Below the pieces are notes generated by a model, which saw only the letters and a list, made by a program, of their open reading frames with translations, was not told the DNA's origin and did not search any database. A program made the position numbers and the translations under genes. DNA of 64,000 nucleotides from Adineta vaga (taxonomy: Eukaryota > Animalia > Rotifera): positions 10,292,001-10,356,000 of the forward strand of contig CP075495.1 of NCBI GenBank assembly GCA_021613535.1, read 5' to 3'. Each line of letters starts with the position of its first letter. The first letter of the stretch is position 1. Shown here one piece after another: positions 57,974-64,000 of this stretch.

Positions 57974-59495
57974 GAATAAGTTTAATGAAATATCTTCGCT
58001 GTTAAATTATACTAAGCGACAAGTAAAGTTGTATTTGAATACTTTTCGATCTTTTCGTTCTGATTATCAACAAGTCAAAGACGAAAGAGCATAGGTCAAA
58101 TGAATCATATTCTTCAAAAAGTATGATGTAGACAAAGAATTTCAGGTAAATATTTCTTTGTTGTAATCTAAAACAACGGGAAAAAAATGACTACTTTAAA
58201 GGTAAGTCAGTTGATCGTTTGAAACAATTTTTTATTATGATCAAGGATATACAGGTGATGCTGTCTTAGTTAATGATGAGAAGAATCTTTCGTTTGAATC
58301 TGAACTATCATTAAATAAGAAAACTGTAGAAATATAAAAGAGAATATTTTGAAATTAGAAGAACTTTGTAAAAAGATGTACTTTCAAAGTTCCAAGATGA
58401 GTTTGAAAATAGTTATAGATACTATATCTATCTTACCAGTGGCGTAAAATTTTCATTGGATAACTTTAGAGGGCGTACGTTTCTGTCTTTGATTTCACTA
58501 TCTACCTGTGTTGAATAATAATGTTTTCATCCAATAACATGAATAATGCGAGGAAGTCGTTGAATTCATTTCGATTGTTCATTTAAATCTACGAATAACT
58601 TCAATTAATTATACATATAACATAAAATTATAATACAGAATATTTTAAATGTCACGATATTTTTTATGAAGTGAAATATCATGATTATCAATTATATTTG
58701 GAATCGATGTTGTAAAATCTTTCTAGAAAACATTTCATTCAAATTTATACGCATAGTTTTAAAAATGTTGAATAAGACTGAAGACGTTTCTCAAATCTTG
58801 ATGTAAGCTATTCAATCCTCAATGATTTCATTCTAGAACACCATTCTCGATTATCTTTACACTCCATGTAATAGCATAAACATTGAGAATTTTTTCTTCA
58901 TTCATCAGATGTCGCTAGATGGTGGTAAACGTTGTCTTGCAAAATGTCAATTTTTTTATTGATCACGATCGATACCAATTACAGCACTGAGAATTTCATT
59001 TCATCAAATCATTCGTTCTTTATTATTAAAAATTTTATTTCCACTGTTGTGAACTATTAAATAATTATCTTCAATTTTTATATTCTATCCATTTACGATC
59101 AATACTGTAAGTATTAAGTTTTATTTTTTTATTAGAAACTTTTCTACAATTGTAAAAGAAGATTTCTTTTGAAATTACAATTACGATTGTCTCTAGACAT
59201 ATATCCTTATTTAGGAGTTCATCTGCATGCTACAAGATCAATCATACACACAAACAGACACTTCAGTCTCTATGTTTGTAAAAAAATATCATAGTTTCTT
59301 ATTTTAGGAGCGGAAAAGACTTTACTTCTGTTATGCAATCAAGTTAGAATCTATTCCTTGTCTTTTCTTGTTCATTTTGTTTTCTCTAGGATTCCGTTTC
59401 TCTTTTTTCTCTATATCGAGTTTTTTTCTACAGAGGTAAAGGCTGGTTTTCAATTTCAAAAATTTAGTTATTTGATTTTCTTTTTCTTTTAGAAA

Positions 59496-61494
59496 ATGGA
59501 TGATGATATGGAAATTGAACGTATGTTGGAAGAAAAGATGCATGAAGATGTACAGAAAAAACAACAAGAACCAATTATAGATAAAAATGGGGATAAAAAA
59601 GATAAAGATAAGGATAAAGATAAAGATAAAGACAAAAAACATAAGAAGCATCACAAACATCATAAACATCATAAATCTCATAAAAGTGATAAAAAACATG
59701 AACGTAAACGAAGTCGTTCACCAAAACGTAGTCGTTCACCTGTTGAACGTCGTCAACGTACACCAACACCACCGACGTTATCCAGCGGAAAACGACGAGA
59801 TACTAATTCAGAATTGCATCAGTTAGCACAAACAATGGGTCGACGAGCACAACCCAAAGATGGTGGACCTTCATCAACAAAGCCTGGTCGACGAGATAAA
59901 TCACCAGAATTAACACCAGAAGAACGTGATCTTCGAACTGTATTTTGTAAGTAGAATTTATTACAGTTTATTGGCGATTGAGTTCTAAATGCATAGACTT
60001 AGAGATTGAGTGGTGAGTTTAGTTAGAGAGTTTTTCTCGAAAAGTGTTGTTTTGCACATCAGAAAGTGGTTGAAAGACGAGAAATAGATATTTATATATG
60101 TTTTTTCTTAAAGGTATGCAATTGGCAGCAACGATTCGTCCACGTGATCTCGAAGAATTCTTTACTCGTGTTGGTAAAGTACGTGATGTTCGTTTAATAA
60201 CAGATCCTCGAACACGTCGATCAAAAGGTGTTGCATATGTTGAATTTCGTGATTTAGCATGTGTACAAGCAGCTCTTGCTCTATCGGGAGAAAAAGTTCT
60301 AGGCATACCAATTATTATCAAACCGTCCAATGCAGAAAAGAATCGTATAGCAGCCCAAGCTGCACAAGCAACTGCTGCTCAAAATGCTCTTATGAACAAT
60401 GGTACAGCAGCACTTAGTGGATCAATTATACCAACACATGGACCTATGAAAGTATATGTTGGATCGTTACATTTCAATATAACAGAAGATATGTTACGTG
60501 GAATATTTGAACCATTTGGACGAATTGAAAATGTAACGTTAATGAAAGATCCTGATGCCGGTCGATCTAGAGGATATGGTAAGTTAAGACCGAAAAAAAC
60601 GGGAGAAAAGTTTCATAAAGTATCATTTTTTTTTTCGCAGGATTTATTCAATTTGCTCATGCTGAAGATGCTAAACGAGCCATGGAAAATTTAAATGGAT
60701 TTGAATTAGCTGGACGACCTATGAAAGTTGGTCATGTTACAGAACGACCCGGTGAAGTAACAAATTCGACTAGTGGTACTTTCACTCAATATTCTACTGG
60801 TATTGCATCAGCATTCACATCTTCATCCAATCTTGATTCTGATGATCTTGATCATCGTGGTATTAACTTAGGCGCTACTGGACGTTTAGCTTTAATGGCT
60901 AAATTAAGTGAAGGCAGTGGTCTACAAATGCCTAAGCATGCGATAGATGCATTGCAAGCTGCACATATGCAAGCAGCTAATTCTCAACAAGTTCGTATTC
61001 CTGAACCACCAAATCCGCAACAATTGGCAACAGTAACAGCTGTTGGTACACAATGTTTTATGCTTTCTAATATGTTTAATCCAGCTAGTGAAGCAGGAAA
61101 TCCTTATTGGGTACAAGAAATTCAAGATGAAGTTATCGAAGAATGTAACAAATATGGTGGTGTTGTTCATATTTATATTGATGAAAAAAGTCCTGATGGA
61201 AATGTTTATGTTAAATGTTCAACTATTGCTAGTGGTAAGTTCTCGTTATTTCTATATACATCATAGAGAATGAAAGAAATCTTCATGTATTTTATTTAAA
61301 CATGCTGATTAAAGAAACCAAAAAAAAAACGAGATATGATTGTTTTTCTTTTAGCTATCAACACTGTTAATGCACTTCATGGTCGATTTTTTTCCGGTCG
61401 TACTGTCGTTGGTAATTATATTCCAACACAATCATATCATAAACTTTTTCCTGCTTCAAGTTCAACAACAGCTCTGTTAAAACCTTCATCTTAA
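59496..61494 (+). CDS. RBM39: RNA-binding protein 39 (Caper); introns 59947-60113, about 60579-60640, about 61235-61353
   Basis: RS-rich N-terminus, LTPEERDLRTVFCMQL, RRSKGVAYVEF, YVGSLHFNITEDMLRGIFEPFG, LNGFELAGRPMKVGHVTER, GRLALMAKL, UHM TQCFMLSNMF...GNVYVKC...LHGRFFSGR. Confidence 0.96.
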
Positions 61495-61563
61495 AGACAC
61501 TTTTTTCATATATCTCTTTGATCATCATATGATCGTCAAAACGACAGAGACAGAGAGAAATAA

Positions 61564-61593
61564 TTGTTTGTTTGATTGTTTGTTTGTTTGTTT
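61564..61593 (+). repeat. (TGTT)n tetranucleotide repeat between RBM39 and THUMPD1
   Basis: ttgtttgtttgattgtttgtttgtttgtttgt read directly. Confidence 0.85.
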
Positions 61594-61716
61594 GTCATTT
61601 GTTTTCTTTGTATACCCAGATGTTTTCGATAAAACAAAATCTATCTGTACGTGTGTTATTGGATTATAAATTGAAACGAAAGAAAAAAAAACACTTCTTA
61701 TTTGTTTCTTTTCAAG

Positions 61717-62685
61717 ATGGGTCGTGTAAAACATCAACAAAATTCACGTCGAAATTATCATCAAAATAAAAATGGAAATAGATTTAATCCTAATTCTTCG
61801 AATAATATGATTCAAGTGGGACAGCATGGATTTTTTGTTACATTTACATCTGCAAAAGAATCATTTGTTCGAAATGAAATTTATAATCTATTAAATCGTT
61901 TTGCTGATCAATTACTTGGTGCTGAATTCGTTGATGATAAAGAAATTGATACCAATGATCTAAATGATTTAGAATCAGCATTAGAAAATGAAGCACTCAA
62001 ATTAAATAATTCCAAGAAAACGATTCGTCGTTTTCAAATCGTTAAATCTGGTACTAAACATTCACTTTTTGTTACAACAACATTACCAATTACTTCGATC
62101 AATCCATTGATTGAATCAGTATTTCAAACTAGTATTCAAACAAAAGAACAACATAGTCGATATATTGAACGTTTATTACCAATTTCATTCATATGTAAAG
62201 CTTATGATGATGATTTAAGAAAATTAATCATCAAAACAGAATTTGTCGACCAAATTCTATCACTTATTGATGCAAATGATACTCAAACAGACAATACAAT
62301 TTGGTTCGATGTTCAAGCAAAGAAATCCAATAATACACAAGTGAAATCAAGTCATTTAGAAGAGATTCTTATCAGTGATTTAATCTCGAGAAAATCAGAT
62401 GATTTAAATGGAAAAATATTTAAACGTGATTATAAAAAGCCTCGTATATATATTTTATTACACGTGATTCGAAATGTTATATTAATTTCTGTAGTACGAA
62501 ATTATGATCTCTATAAGAAATATAATCTTGCATCGATTAATCTAATTACAACAGTTGGAGAAAAAGACGAAGAAAAACAACAACAACAGCAGCAGCAGCA
62601 AAAGAAGATCACATTCGATGACGATAACGATGATGACGATGAAGATGGTGATGATGATAACGAAGAAGAGAAATCAAATAACTAA
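61717..62685 (+). CDS. THUMPD1: THUMP domain-containing protein 1 (Tan1-like), intronless
   Basis: GFFVT, EIYNLLNRFAD, DLESALENE, RRFQIVKSG, SRYIERLLPI...CKAY, DYKKP, ISVVRNYDLYKKYNL; polyQ and acidic tail. Confidence 0.88.
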   Translation: MGRVKHQQNSRRNYHQNKNGNRFNPNSSNNMIQVGQHGFFVTFTSAKESFVRNEIYNLLNRFADQLLGAEFVDDKEIDTNDLNDLESALENEALKLNNSKKTIRRFQIVKSGTKHSLFVTTTLPITSINPLIESVFQTSIQTKEQHSRYIERLLPISFICKAYDDDLRKLIIKTEFVDQILSLIDANDTQTDNTIWFDVQAKKSNNTQVKSSHLEEILISDLISRKSDDLNGKIFKRDYKKPRIYILLHVIRNVILISVVRNYDLYKKYNLASINLITTVGEKDEEKQQQQQQQQKKITFDDDNDDDDEDGDDDNEEEKSNN

Positions 62686-62786
62686 AAACTAATTTATTTT
62701 CATAAATGAAAGTAAAGTTCAAATGAAAAAACACACATTTTTTTTGTTGTAAAAATTGTTTGATTATATTATTAAACACGATCTTT

Positions 62787-62918
62787 AGGTCATGACCAAT
62801 TCTTAGCACTTTCCTTTTCTTTTACTTATTTTGCGTTCGTTCTTTCTCGTTCTGCCCTTATGAGAATATCAATGTGGGGCGTAGACAAAGAGGGGTAAGC
62901 ATCTTGCGATCACGCCAT
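62787..62918 (+). promoter_or_regulatory. Putative INSIG promoter module: IR0 palindrome overlapping a CCAAT box, a GC box and an SRE-like element
   Basis: AGGTCATGACCA (62787-62798), CCAAT (62796-62800), GTGGGGCGT (62874-62882) and ATCACGCCAT (62909-62918), 130-260 nt upstream of the INSIG ATG. Confidence 0.5.
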
Positions 62919-63045
62919 TCTGGTCTGTCGAAACTGACTTATCGACTTACATATAAAGTCTACATATGTTTGTAAGTGTTTTTTTACTATCCACTATCAT
63001 CAATCTAGATACAAGGCAATAAGAAATTTTTTCACGAAAATATCA

Positions 63046-63863
63046 ATGACGACAATGCTAGTACGTACATCATCCTCGTCGAATTCAGCACGTTCATTAA
63101 TTTTATTTACATTTGGTTGTACAATGGCTATTGTATTAATGACATTTCAATATGAACATAAATTATTATTATTTAATTCACCTCGTTTGATGCTTACACT
63201 ACCATCTTTGAGTCTCATTTCTATTTGTGGTCTCGGTGCTGGTAAATCAATTAGAACTTAATGAATAACTATCTTTGTTCTTTGTATTTTACTAGCTCTA
63301 GTAGGCTTTATTTATCCGTTACTGACTACATCTATCGATCAAACATCTATGAATGTATATAAAGATGATTCAATACAAAAATCTCAAATATGTAAATCCC
63401 TTGTCATCTTCGTTGGTATAAATCATCTATGTGCTGTAAGTTGATTTCTAACGATGAATTAATGACAAATTATGTTCTTTTTTTCTGCTATTCAGAAAAT
63501 TCCATTTTCAAGTGATCTTCATTTTAGTATAATTATAGTTCTATTATGTATAGCATTTTGGTGGTATTTTGATGGTACGAAAATTGATTTTACTTTTTCA
63601 ATTACAATATCATTGATCTTAACAATAATAACAGAAATTTTATTACGTGCTGGTGCATTACAGTAAGTTAATCGATTTTAGATAACTTTAAATCTTACTA
63701 TTATTTTTGTTTGCATCAATAAAGATATACGAATTCAGACTTTTATTTAAAAACTTGTGTACCTTGTCTAACATTTGCTGGTGCTATTTTAATAATACAA
63801 ATAACGAAATTATTATCTCAATCAACGATTCAAATCGACTCTGAACATGTAAAAACTGAATAA
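63046..63863 (+). CDS. INSIG: Insulin-induced gene protein (INSIG), 4 exons
   Basis: CGLGAALVGFIYP, IFVGINHLCAK, FWWYFDGT, QYTNSDFY...VPCLTFAGA match the INSIG six-TM signature; TAA at 63861-63863. Confidence 0.9.
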
Positions 63864-64000
63864 TTATATTATGAATTATGATTATTCGTTCATTGTTCTC
63901 GTCATTTTCAGTCATTTCGTTGTCTAATTGAATGATTGATTTCTAGCATTAAGTCTATCATTAATCGATTATATTGTCTTTTATTTGTATATTTCTGCTG

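Noticed and set aside
58437-58480. CAGTGGCGTA, resembling a hAT-type terminal inverted repeat
   Set aside because: No matching TACGCCACTG end, target-site duplication or transposase seen in the window.

Overview
This is AT-rich eukaryotic genomic DNA with densely packed genes and very short (about 45-70 nt) spliceosomal introns. The gene content, intron style and several orphan 7TM receptors point to a bdelloid rotifer or a similar small invertebrate (inference). I can reconstruct about 22 protein-coding genes by hand: ASPDH (partial), THOC7, FAM210-like, four GPCRs plus one GPCR relic, a ZnT/SLC30 zinc transporter, DNAJC3, ATP6V0B, a coiled-coil protein, a 10.5-kb Cav2-type calcium channel alpha-1 gene, two tandem beta-tubulins, a UDP-glycosyltransferase, a NEK kinase, a truncated CAP-domain protein, an orphan, a DUF4807 protein, SNX25, an SDR16C-like reductase, RBM39, THUMPD1 and INSIG. 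I found no rRNA, tRNA, CRISPR array or intact transposon. The most notable signals are: (1) a splicing repertoire in the Cav2 gene, with a pair of duplicated mutually exclusive exons in the domain IV pore turret (one with a GC donor), several frame-preserving cassette exons and a candidate distal first exon; (2) a nearly intronless UGT with a non-animal-like GHLNP catalytic motif, an animal-like ER topology and a +1 frameshift just before its membrane anchor; (3) an INSIG with substituted sterol-pocket residues behind an SRE/GC-box/CCAAT/IR0 promoter module; (4) tubulin duplicates homogenised even in their introns; (5) a GPCR relic with microhomology-flanked deletions. All splice models are manual readings and need RNA-seq. 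I do not claim a wholly new biological system.
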